Below, piece by piece: positions 39,878-48,397 of a stretch of 64,000 nucleotides of DNA. Under the pieces are notes generated by a model. It was not told the DNA's origin. It did no database searches and worked only from the letters and a program-made list of their open reading frames with translations. Both the position numbers and the translations under genes were made by a program. Each line of letters starts with the position of its first letter. The stretch's first letter is position 1. Source of the DNA: a virus (lineage: Duplodnaviria > Caudoviricetes); IMG/VR virus record IMGVR_UViG_3300034101_006325, positions 64,001 to 128,000 of that record; one strand, 5' to 3'.

Positions 39878-40249
39878 TGGAGTCAACCGGTACTGCCCCG
39901 GTGTCCGAAATTTCTTTTTAATTAACTTCTTCACAGACTTGGAATGATTTTATCGACGTCATCCTAGTCTATTCAATCTGACCTCTTTTACGACCGGTCG
40001 GATCAAAACCCGTTAGTCGTCTTCCGGAACCACCTTCCGAGAGAAACCCACCTCATACAGTGAGGATAACCATTGGTTGTGACTTTCTGTTTCTAGGTTG
40101 TCACAAAACCAACCAGTCAGGCCGCTAGGTTGACTGGGACATAGCCGTTATCGTTGGCAATTGTACGTCACTTGGATTTTTACCAGGTTCCTCGTGCACC
40201 TGGGTCTGCATTAATTAATCAAAAACTCCGTCGAAACTATATTGACCCC
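39878..40249 (-). ncRNA. ssrA: tmRNA (ssrA), one-piece standard gene order, 372 nt
   Basis: 5' GGGGUCA pairs with 3' UGACUCC-A (G3-U70 alanine determinant); D-loop UUCGAC; T-arm ACCGG-GGCAGUA-CCGGU; helix-2 complementarity (GCAGAC/GUCUGU, UUUUUGAUUAAUU/AGUUAAUUAAAAA); internal tag ORF. CCA is not encoded. Confidence 0.95.
40117..40158 (-). other. tmRNA tag reading frame ANDNGYVPVNLAA*
   Basis: GCC resume codon, ANDN start, LAA degron end; stop codon inside the CCAGUCA...UGACUGG hairpin. Confidence 0.92.
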
Positions 40250-40250
40250 T

Positions 40251-40592
40251 TTATTGCTTATTTTTCTTAGGCCTACCTATTTTAACAGGCATATCTTTTT
40301 TAACTGGTTTAAACTTGTTAACTAGCACTTCTTGAGGTATTGATTCCTTTATTTTGTCTAATTCCGTCTGAAGTCCTTGGATCTTGTTTGTTTCGGACTT
40401 TATCCATTTGTCAAAACCAGTAGAAAGCTCCTTCAATTCAAGGCTCTCGAATGCGCCTACAATAGCGTCTTCCATTGCCTTTTTCACGCTTTTATAAGTC
40501 TCTTCTTCTTCCATGTCTCGAAAAGAATTTTCGTTATTTTTAATACAATTGTAAAGAAGAAGAAACTGCTTTGGTTGAAAATTTAAGATCAT
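40251..40592 (-). CDS. Hypothetical protein
   Basis: 113 aa, GGAGGA SD; stop lies 1 nt before the tmRNA 5' end. Confidence 0.7.
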   Translation of the reverse strand: MILNFQPKQFLLLYNCIKNNENSFRDMEEEETYKSVKKAMEDAIVGAFESLELKELSTGFDKWIKSETNKIQGLQTELDKIKESIPQEVLVNKFKPVKKDMPVKIGRPKKNKQ

Positions 40593-40613
40593 CTTTCCTC
40601 CAAAATTAAAACT

Positions 40614-40638
40614 GGGCTGAAAGTTTATCTTTCAGCCC
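40614..40638 (-). terminator. Probable terminator hairpin
   Basis: GGGCUGAAAG-AUAAA-CUUUCAGCCC followed by AGUUUUAAUUUU. Confidence 0.55.
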
Positions 40639-40657
40639 CCCATAATTTATCTAATTG

Positions 40658-40936
40658 TCAATATGACTTATTTGAAGTTTGATAATGCTTTTGAAGAAGC
40701 CTATAAAGTGTTCGGGCCTGACGACCGTCAAACTTTACATAAGTTTGATCAGGAAAATCTACAAATAAGCTTGTCGAATCATTCTTTGGATTTGTGCTCA
40801 CTGCTGCCGTAAACGAATCATCATCTCGTCGAATTGTCTCAGTTCGAAGATTGCCTCTTCGATCCTCACGTGTTCTAATTGTTGCATTGCGATTCTGAGG
40901 AACATACTTACGATTGCTTCGTGAACGAGTTGTCAT
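40658..40936 (-). CDS. Arg-rich small hypothetical protein
   Basis: 92 aa, GGAG SD; N-terminal half very Arg-rich. Confidence 0.7.
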   Translation of the reverse strand: MTTRSRSNRKYVPQNRNATIRTREDRRGNLRTETIRRDDDSFTAAVSTNPKNDSTSLFVDFPDQTYVKFDGRQARTLYRLLQKHYQTSNKSY

Positions 40937-41014
40937 TGTTTTTCTCCAATTTAGAGGATTTAATTCCTCTGTAATATGAAGAAATATTAGACTGTAATCA
41001 GTGCGTTGTTCAAA

Positions 41015-41338
41015 TTACTTTTTATCTGCTGGTGGTGCACTCTTTTTAACACTTTGAAGATAGTCACGAAATGCTGCCATCATTACACTTGCATCTACGT
41101 CAGCAAGGGGACCAAGAAGACCTGCCATTGTATCTTTGACTAAATTTTTCTTTTTATCAAGATCTTTAATTTGATCTAGTTTTTGTAAAACTGCTTGTAT
41201 CGGTGCTGATTTGTCCATAGCTGACGCAAATTTAGTTCCTAATGTTCCCATTTTTACAGGAGTTTCAGGATTTTCAGAGAGTGATTTGGAAAGTTCTTCA
41301 CGAATTATTTTTCGAAGCATGGATTCTGTAATTTTCAT
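41015..41338 (-). CDS. Small putative internal head protein
   Basis: MKITESMLRKIIREELSKSLSE N-terminal motif; GAGGA SD. Confidence 0.7.
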   Translation of the reverse strand: MKITESMLRKIIREELSKSLSENPETPVKMGTLGTKFASAMDKSAPIQAVLQKLDQIKDLDKKKNLVKDTMAGLLGPLADVDASVMMAAFRDYLQSVKKSAPPADKK

Positions 41339-41421
41339 ATTTCCTCAGTTATCAAAAACAAAACAACAGTTCATATTTATGTCTCTAAATTAAAAAATAT
41401 TTTTATAATTATGAGAAAATT

Positions 41422-42684
41422 ATGTCAAGTCATAAAAAATCACCAGTCAGCATGTTGCTGAAAAATTTCATAAATGAAGCAAAAACAGGCACGCTGCGGT
41501 TGTTCGACAGCATCTATCAGATGATAGAAGACAAAAAAGAATATTCATCGGACTCTGAAAAGTTCAAAATTTTTATAAATGAACTCATGCCACATTTAAA
41601 TTTATCGGGGAAGAGTTTGAAAAAAGGTTCTTCAAGGATAGTGTTTATGCTTGAAGATAAACAGGTTTTGAAGGTAGCTTTAAACGAGGCAGGTTTTGCA
41701 CAAAATGGAATGGAAGCAACAATTGGAATGGACGATTCTGTCAGTGAAGTTGTTGCTCCTGTGTTGGACACAAGTGATATTGTCGACTACAACGGCTTTT
41801 TATGGATTGTTTCGCAAAAAGTAGAACCGTTAACTGATGATTTAGTTGAAAGAAGTTGGCCTGAATTTTCTGATCTTCTTCGAAAGGCTGCAACAACAAA
41901 TGAAAAAATTGTCGGCATAAAGATGGGTGTAGGCGGCGGTGTGGGTCCTAGGTCTCCTAGCGATGAGAAAACAGTTGTCCCTGGTGAAGAAACAAAAGTA
42001 GAAATTCCACGGGCCGCGGCCAAAAAAATAAAAAGCAAAAATGAAAAAGCAAAATTATCTGCCGAAGCAGAAAAATTACTAAAAAGTCTAGATGAAAACT
42101 TCTTTGAAGCTTTTAGAACTTTCACTAGAAAATATAGAGGAGCTACAACAGCCGACCTTTTGAAGCCAGACTCATGGGGCATCGATAGAGGTAAGTTAAA
42201 GCTTCTAGATTATGGGTATACGAGAAGAATAGCAGAGGATTTCTATGTCAGCGGTCGTCCTACAGGAACCGAAAAAGCAAAAGAAAGCATGATTGCGAGA
42301 AATCAAGAGAGAATACAGAACATTAAATCCACAGTGGCCGACAATATTGATACAATAGAAAATACGAAGAATATTCCTCCAATGGTATCGCTGCTTCTGC
42401 TGGTTCGTGGCGTAGTGGCAGGAATACCTCTCAATATAGAAACATTTGCGGTCGGTAATCCTCTTAAGCCCCTGACGGAAACAGAGAAAGCTACAGCAGC
42501 AGAAGCAATCAGATCCAATCAAGGAAAAGTCGAGAGAATTATTGACATGGTTACTGACTCGTCATTAAAAAATAAATTATATGATGAGCTGGATGATATT
42601 CTCTTAACAACTGGGTCGTTAGGAAAGAAATCACAGAAAGAATCTTTGATTAGAAAATTCGTTCTAGAGTACCTTAAAAATTGA
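41422..42684 (+). CDS. Atypical protein kinase-like protein
   Basis: KKGSSRIVF (P-loop-like), VLKVA (beta3 Lys), AQNGME (alphaC Glu), ADLLKPDSWG (catalytic-loop-like), LLDYG (DFG-like); ATAATTA at 41405-41411 on the + strand. Confidence 0.68.
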   Translation: MSSHKKSPVSMLLKNFINEAKTGTLRLFDSIYQMIEDKKEYSSDSEKFKIFINELMPHLNLSGKSLKKGSSRIVFMLEDKQVLKVALNEAGFAQNGMEATIGMDDSVSEVVAPVLDTSDIVDYNGFLWIVSQKVEPLTDDLVERSWPEFSDLLRKAATTNEKIVGIKMGVGGGVGPRSPSDEKTVVPGEETKVEIPRAAAKKIKSKNEKAKLSAEAEKLLKSLDENFFEAFRTFTRKYRGATTADLLKPDSWGIDRGKLKLLDYGYTRRIAEDFYVSGRPTGTEKAKESMIARNQERIQNIKSTVADNIDTIENTKNIPPMVSLLLLVRGVVAGIPLNIETFAVGNPLKPLTETEKATAAEAIRSNQGKVERIIDMVTDSSLKNKLYDELDDILLTTGSLGKKSQKESLIRKFVLEYLKN

Positions 42685-43590
42685 TCAGACTGTTGGTTCC
42701 CATTTCTTGATGTCTCTTCGCTTGGCGGAAGCGGCATCAAAGAATATAATTTCGCCTTCTCCCCCTCGAACTCGTCGGACGCCCATGTTGTCCGGCTTGA
42801 AATCGACCATTCCAAGCCTGTAATGATTTTGAATACCTTTAATGAATTTTGTGAACCAATCAGGTGACAATCTGTAGCGTTCTTCAACTACTGCCATCGT
42901 ATCTTTTGGCAGCATTTGTATAAGCTTTGCTACGATGTCTGCAGTCCTTCTGTCAGCAAACTTTGTCGGCACAGCACCCGGCAAGCCCTGATCAGCAGCA
43001 TATGTCGTCATCGCAGTAATCTCTTGAGGAGACATGCCTTGTTTCTTTAGCTTTTTTTCGTAGTCCTTTATTGACTTCTGCTCTTCGGACACAATCTTTG
43101 CTATACCTTCGGAGATCAAACGCCACAAAACTTTCCAATCAGGATCTTCGCCAATTTTATCAGCATCCTGCACCTTCTCAGAGATCGACCATCCGATATT
43201 TCCGATATTGCTCTTGAAGATGCCTGTGGCCAAGACGCCAGGAAGTCCTCCTCCGACGTCAGATCCTGAATATAAGGCATCTTCTATCTCTGATGCCCTT
43301 GAAGCACCAGGCTCAAGCTTTAAGACTTTATCAGAACCCAGAGAAAATGCGCTACCTTGACGTCCAGACCCCAAGTATTTTATGGATCCTTGAGAAAAAA
43401 TTTTTTTCCAATCATCAAAATTGTCTTGTAAAATAGAAAATTCGTCGACATCGAGACCTAACGATCTAAAGACCCTAGATTTTCTAAGTTCATCTCTTAT
43501 TGCTCCCATTTGTAGCTCAGAAAGCTCAGGAGAGTTTGATGTCATCTCAGTCAAGATTGTTCTAATATAACGACGCAATAATTCTGTCAT
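42685..43590 (-). CDS. Ser/Thr protein kinase-like protein
   Basis: YLGSGRQGSAF (GxGxxG), VLKLE, MVDFKPDNMG (DxKxxN), IIFFDAA. Confidence 0.78.
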   Translation of the reverse strand: MTELLRRYIRTILTEMTSNSPELSELQMGAIRDELRKSRVFRSLGLDVDEFSILQDNFDDWKKIFSQGSIKYLGSGRQGSAFSLGSDKVLKLEPGASRASEIEDALYSGSDVGGGLPGVLATGIFKSNIGNIGWSISEKVQDADKIGEDPDWKVLWRLISEGIAKIVSEEQKSIKDYEKKLKKQGMSPQEITAMTTYAADQGLPGAVPTKFADRRTADIVAKLIQMLPKDTMAVVEERYRLSPDWFTKFIKGIQNHYRLGMVDFKPDNMGVRRVRGGEGEIIFFDAASAKRRDIKKWEPTV

Positions 43591-43646
43591 AACGCTGACA
43601 ATAAAATATCTAATACAATTAGAACTAGAAATCTAATTTTCTTTAA

Positions 43647-44129
43647 ATGAACATCTTTGTACTCAACGAAGATCCTGTACAAGCTGCAAAAGATCAATGC
43701 GACAAACACGTCGTAAAAATGATACTTGAAAGTGGACAAATGTTGTGTGCTGCACACGAACCAGGACTATCGCCATGGAAGAGAACACACTACAATCATC
43801 CTTGCACTATTTGGACTAGATCATCGAAAGAAAACTATCGATGGTTGGCAGTGCACGGTCTTGAACTTTGTGCTGAATACACCCGACGCTACGGGCGGAG
43901 ACACAAGGCCGAGGATGTTTTGATCTGGTGTGCTGAAAATGTTCCTGAAAGTGTGCCCGATGTGCCTCAAACTCCCTTTACAGTAGCAATTAAAAATCCA
44001 GATTATCATAAGGACAATGCTGTCGACTCTTACAGGGCATATTACCTAGGTGAAAAAATTAGATTCGCTAAGTGGAAGTATTGTCCCCCGCCGAAGTGGT
44101 GGATCGATGCGCTTTCTTCCGCAAAATAA
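43647..44129 (+). CDS. Pyrimidine-dimer DNA glycosylase (DenV / endonuclease V-like family)
   Basis: MNIFVL..DP..AA...CDKHVVKMILES.QML, HYNHPCTIW..SKENYRWL, AYRAYY motifs. Confidence 0.75.
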   Translation: MNIFVLNEDPVQAAKDQCDKHVVKMILESGQMLCAAHEPGLSPWKRTHYNHPCTIWTRSSKENYRWLAVHGLELCAEYTRRYGRRHKAEDVLIWCAENVPESVPDVPQTPFTVAIKNPDYHKDNAVDSYRAYYLGEKIRFAKWKYCPPPKWWIDALSSAK

Positions 44130-44427
44130 GGGGATTTTCCTTAATTTTCCAAAATTGTTGCTCAAGAGGAGGAATTTCACCTCTCCTAAAAAACATCAGC
44201 TTTCTGCCATTTGTAGAATCATAGACGCCTATGATCGTAATCTCACCAGCATGTATTAGATCATGGCAAATATGACAGACTATACTTAAATTATGATTAT
44301 CATTGGTGCATCTAGGATCGCACCGAGGAATAATGTGATGAATGTTGAGAGCGGAAGGATTGTCATAACCGCAAATTTCACATTTGTCTTTTTTAAGTTT
44401 TGTCTGTTGACTATGACGTCTCTTCAC
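44068..44427 (-). CDS. Small HNH endonuclease
   Basis: CEICG...LNIHHIIP...NDNHNLSIVCHICHDLIH. Confidence 0.82.
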   Translation of the reverse strand: MKRRHSQQTKLKKDKCEICGYDNPSALNIHHIIPRCDPRCTNDNHNLSIVCHICHDLIHAGEITIIGVYDSTNGRKLMFFRRGEIPPLEQQFWKIKENPLILRKKAHRSTTSAGDNTST

Positions 44428-44459
44428 GCTGACAATAATACAGCATCAAAATATCTTCA

Positions 44460-45017
44460 TCACAAAATTCTCAATATTTCGTGACACTTATCCTGAATAC
44501 TCTTGGGAAGCATCCTGGAAAACATTTCCACATCATTTAATGCAATAAATCTTCTCATGTCCGTTCCGGACACATTAGGTGTTTTAGATCCCCTCTTTAT
44601 TCCCATTCTTATTATTTGCCCGCTGTCGAAAAGCTTAGGTGCCTGTTTTCGCAAATTGACAGGAGTGAATCTAGAAATATCCTCAGAGTCTGAGTAAATT
44701 GTATGCACATCGTATGAGTAATTTTTCTCAGCTCGATTCAACGTATTAAAAACCATGGTCACAGGAGTGACTGGTGGGTCAGCATAAATTACTTCAACAT
44801 TGCCGAGCAGCCTTAAAGACGGCTTTACAAACTTTTCCATAACAATTCTCATCTTGTCACCCTGAATCGACAGCTCTCCTTTTCGAGGCCTGTCTGCTGT
44901 GGAGGCAAAAACAAGGACCTCGTCATTTTCAGAAGAAGCTAGACGAACAAGAGCATCATGACCTGCATGGTAAGGTTTGAAACTTCCAGGAATCAATCCA
45001 ATTCTTTTTGAGTTCAT
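44460..45017 (-). CDS. Cytidylyltransferase-like (HxGH) nucleotidyltransferase
   Basis: IGLIPGSFKPYHAGH and C-terminal VSGTDMRR. Start moved to ATG 45017. Confidence 0.75.
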   Translation of the reverse strand: MNSKRIGLIPGSFKPYHAGHDALVRLASSENDEVLVFASTADRPRKGELSIQGDKMRIVMEKFVKPSLRLLGNVEVIYADPPVTPVTMVFNTLNRAEKNYSYDVHTIYSDSEDISRFTPVNLRKQAPKLFDSGQIIRMGIKRGSKTPNVSGTDMRRFIALNDVEMFSRMLPKSIQDKCHEILRIL

Positions 45018-45028
45018 TATTAAATAAA

Positions 45029-46408
45029 TCAAACTGGGCTTTGGTTCACAATGCCAGAAATCCACTGGCCTGAATAAAATTCCTCGACTCTTAGACGGTC
45101 ACCTTTTGAAACTGCAAATGCCACTGCTGCTCCGGCTGCTGCAGAAGTAGAATTTGCAGACTGTCCAGGTACATCATTGCCAGTCGCTGGATCGAATCCT
45201 ACAACAGATCCATCTGATTTTACACCACCAAACCATCCTGTCTTTGTGTAGCCATTACCCATCACATATATCCAATTTGAATTTCCAGGCGTTCCATCAG
45301 GCCAGCCAGACCTTTCCAGCGGTGTCTTGGGTGTGTCGCCATGGACTGTAAAGACTAAATTATCTGCGAGAGTCTTGTTGGAACATGTCGGATCAGAGAT
45401 TCCTGATAAATCACTCATAAACATGTCTAAAATCAATCCTAAATGATCGACAGTCTGCAAGAGGCTGCCCATGTCGGCAAAAGCACCGTGCGGATCATCT
45501 CTAAAAACAGGCGCAATTACACAGGAAGTTAAACCAAGCTTGAATGCCTTTGACGTGGTAATTAAAGTCTTTGCTAGCTCTCTGAGCTTATTAGGTGTAG
45601 AAACTGTAACACCATAACGGGACAGATCATCCTGGGATGGTTCTAATAATGCCGCCAAATTCTTTCCTAGGAAATTAGCACTCTTTTTTCCAATATTTAA
45701 CGGTCGCTGCACAGTGGATCTAGTCGAAGCAGAGTTTAGTCCAAGGAACGCCTTGTAGTATGCTTCAAAAAGTTTGGAATCCTGTTCGACTTCGAGTATT
45801 GAACGACTGGCAGCACTGTTGAACAGCTGAACCATTCCATCAGCATTTCCTACAGTTGTAAGTTGAGGAGAACCGGGCGCAGTGCCAAAGGCAACAGGGG
45901 TAATTCCAATGACAGGAATTAAGGTCGGATTTGCCCTTTGTATCGACGAACAGACGGCCATCATGCTTTGTCCTGCTCCGACGGTTGCAGAAGAACCAGG
46001 CGTCGGTGTGTGAGTCTGGTTTACTCCTGCCATGAAAGCCGATATTCTTTTTGTCCTGTCTTTGTTTTTCCAAGGAGATTGTGGGACATGATACAAGGTT
46101 TTGTCAGCATCGTCTGCCTTGACCTGCTGACCCTGAGCATGAAATGCAAAATTGGAATTTGTGGAAGTTGCAACTTCATTGTGAGGCCAAAGTAGCTGGA
46201 ACCATGCAAAGCCTCCATCACCGGCGACCAAATGGACGGATCTAAGAGTTGTAGAACAAGTGGCTTCGTCGGCCAATGCTGTTCCTGCTGTATCATTAAT
46301 TACGTTGAGAACCTGAGATCTATCAAGAGCCAATGCTGCGCCGGCTGCTGCAGTCCATCTCAAAAATTTTCTTCTAGATTCACCTCGTAAATTCTTTAGA
46401 TCCGACAT
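45029..46408 (-). CDS. Tat-exported protein, DUF1501/DUF1552-like architecture
   Basis: Twin-arginine signal SRRKFLRW followed by a hydrophobic stretch and ALA; RDDPHGAF and VHGDTPK segments. Confidence 0.7.
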   Translation of the reverse strand: MSDLKNLRGESRRKFLRWTAAAGAALALDRSQVLNVINDTAGTALADEATCSTTLRSVHLVAGDGGFAWFQLLWPHNEVATSTNSNFAFHAQGQQVKADDADKTLYHVPQSPWKNKDRTKRISAFMAGVNQTHTPTPGSSATVGAGQSMMAVCSSIQRANPTLIPVIGITPVAFGTAPGSPQLTTVGNADGMVQLFNSAASRSILEVEQDSKLFEAYYKAFLGLNSASTRSTVQRPLNIGKKSANFLGKNLAALLEPSQDDLSRYGVTVSTPNKLRELAKTLITTSKAFKLGLTSCVIAPVFRDDPHGAFADMGSLLQTVDHLGLILDMFMSDLSGISDPTCSNKTLADNLVFTVHGDTPKTPLERSGWPDGTPGNSNWIYVMGNGYTKTGWFGGVKSDGSVVGFDPATGNDVPGQSANSTSAAAGAAVAFAVSKGDRLRVEEFYSGQWISGIVNQSPV

Positions 46409-46426
46409 AATTCTTTCCTTTCAATA

Positions 46427-47152
46427 TCACTCGCAAGAATGTGCGGCCGACAATATGACAGCAACAGCTATTGACTTGCCTTTTTCAGGTGTTGAAGCAC
46501 TATTCACAATATCTGTACAAATTGCAAGATGCTGAGAAGTAGCAGGTCTGCCAAGAAGACATGTGACAGCAGGCTCGGTGCACCAATCATTTTGGTCAAA
46601 TACAGAAGTGCCAACACCATCTTCTTGACACTGTTGCAGACCAGGCATGGCTGTAATTATCTCTGATGATGCTTGAACAAAAATATCAAACTGTTTTGCT
46701 GCACCTGAGGACGTCCAAACGATTGACTCTCCCACGCGAGCATCATAAACAGCACCTCCGAGAGCTGCTGATCCTTCAGAAAAAAGCTGTCCTGCAGTTG
46801 GTGGATCTGCTGTTAATGTCATGTTCACACCAAATTCTTCCAGAATATTTCGAAGTGTCGCCACAGGAATCTTCTGACAGGAATGAAGTCTAGTCCTAAT
46901 CTCTGGTGGTCCTTCCTCCTGCCGCTGGGCCAATACTGTCATAGGATCCTTGCTGCCATCTTCACCCAAGCCGGACATATGATCAAATGTATTGTCTTCA
47001 TCACCTGTATAATCATCATCAGGAGGAGGATCTTCAGGGCTATCGACAGGTGGATCTTCCTTTGGTGGAATTAAACCGTTTGGTGGATCAATTCCACAGG
47101 ATGCATTAAGGAAAACCAATGGGAGGATCAAAAATAATCTTTTGTAATTCAT
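46427..47152 (-). CDS. Cys-rich putative lipoprotein
   Basis: Signal MNYKRLFLILPLVFLNAS-C, Pro/Asp-rich linker, several Cys residues. Confidence 0.7.
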   Translation of the reverse strand: MNYKRLFLILPLVFLNASCGIDPPNGLIPPKEDPPVDSPEDPPPDDDYTGDEDNTFDHMSGLGEDGSKDPMTVLAQRQEEGPPEIRTRLHSCQKIPVATLRNILEEFGVNMTLTADPPTAGQLFSEGSAALGGAVYDARVGESIVWTSSGAAKQFDIFVQASSEIITAMPGLQQCQEDGVGTSVFDQNDWCTEPAVTCLLGRPATSQHLAICTDIVNSASTPEKGKSIAVAVILSAAHSCE

Positions 47153-47167
47153 ACTGTTTTACCTGCA

Positions 47168-48334
47168 TCAGAAATTTACGAAATCTTCATGCTTAAACAT
47201 AAAACGAAGTGTCTCCTTGACGTCCATGCCAGATGACTCGTACTTTTTAACGAGAGGATCTAGCACGGAAGGCGGGATTGTCGCAAGGTCATTGACAACG
47301 TCTTCCTTTGACATCACCATGTTCCACAAACGAGTGACCACGCAATCTGAGACAAGAGGATCGTCTGCAATTGCTGCACCTAAGGCAGGAAGATCATTTG
47401 CTTCAATTCCAAACCTCCACGCAGTCTTTTCTCCACCATTCAACCAATGACTCATCTCAGACTTAATAGGATCTGGCAGGACGGGTGTGTTGACCTGACT
47501 TTGGCTCGTCCACATGCCATTTTCATCAAAATTAGCAAACAATGGCGCAATATGGTTCATAGTCGCGTGACAATTGGCACAAACAACGGACTGTGTGTCT
47601 CTAAAATCAATAGGAGAATTAGAAATTGATTCGAACGACCAAGGAGAAATATAATCCTTTCCTTCTATTTTCTGAGGATCTTTTGTGGATTCTGCAGGAA
47701 ACTTTTGACACATAAACACCTCCTGCATCCAACGGACTCTTCTAAATGCCATGTTGCTGTAAAACTGCTTCATCGAACCAGGATTGGTCAAAACACCTGA
47801 ATGAACTTCGACGCCATTATCACAATCCCCATCCACGAAGGCTCCATCTGAAAAGCTGGGACAAGTTCCCTGTGTTGCAGTGAAAATATCTGTAAAAGGC
47901 CGCCCTTCAACGGAAACTCTAGCAACAAATACAGGAGAAAAATCTAATTCTTGGGAACCACCTTGACGAAGAGTATCTCTCCAAAATTTTACCATCCGAC
48001 CAGCAAAGCGAGGATCGTCCAGCAAAGAATCTACTTCTAGTTCATATGCAGCCTTTTTGTCGTCAGCATTTTGAACACGTCTAATTTGACTCAAAGGAGG
48101 AAGTGTCCTGACCAGCTTTAAAGATGCTGTTCTCAATGCAGCATTATAATCCAAAATTCTGTCATCCAAAACGGACGACTTAGCAGACTCACCTCCGACG
48201 CCCGAAGCTGTAGAAGATTCGTCTGCGGTTCCTCCGGGGTCGCCTCCGTAGCTTCCTGTCCCAAATCCTGACGGTTCTTCGGTGCAGGCTGATAAAACCA
48301 AAAAAGACGCCAAATATTTGCATAACCTCTTCAT
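47168..48334 (-). CDS. Putative lipoprotein with CxxCH motif (DUF1549/DUF1588-like)
   Basis: Canonical lipobox LSA-C; LRTASLKL..TLP; CANCH heme-c-type motif; C-terminal PLVSDCV. Confidence 0.72.
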   Translation of the reverse strand: MKRLCKYLASFLVLSACTEEPSGFGTGSYGGDPGGTADESSTASGVGGESAKSSVLDDRILDYNAALRTASLKLVRTLPPLSQIRRVQNADDKKAAYELEVDSLLDDPRFAGRMVKFWRDTLRQGGSQELDFSPVFVARVSVEGRPFTDIFTATQGTCPSFSDGAFVDGDCDNGVEVHSGVLTNPGSMKQFYSNMAFRRVRWMQEVFMCQKFPAESTKDPQKIEGKDYISPWSFESISNSPIDFRDTQSVVCANCHATMNHIAPLFANFDENGMWTSQSQVNTPVLPDPIKSEMSHWLNGGEKTAWRFGIEANDLPALGAAIADDPLVSDCVVTRLWNMVMSKEDVVNDLATIPPSVLDPLVKKYESSGMDVKETLRFMFKHEDFVNF

Positions 48335-48397
48335 AACAACATACTACATATGCCCAAAGAAAAGGTACAATATTTATTTAATTCAAATAGGAATAAG

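Noticed and set aside
39674-39934. Track ORF starting MKKLIKKKFRTPGQYRLTP
   Set aside because: The N-terminal 27 codons are the tmRNA T-arm and acceptor. The real start is ATG 39853, which has a GAGG SD.
39878-40249. Permuted two-piece ssrA interpretation
   Set aside because: The order is 5' acceptor, tag, then T-arm/3' acceptor, and a protein gene ends 1 nt upstream, leaving no room for an upstream acceptor piece.
40251-41338. smpB next to the tmRNA
   Set aside because: None of the neighbouring ORFs shows SmpB motifs or the expected size and fold features.
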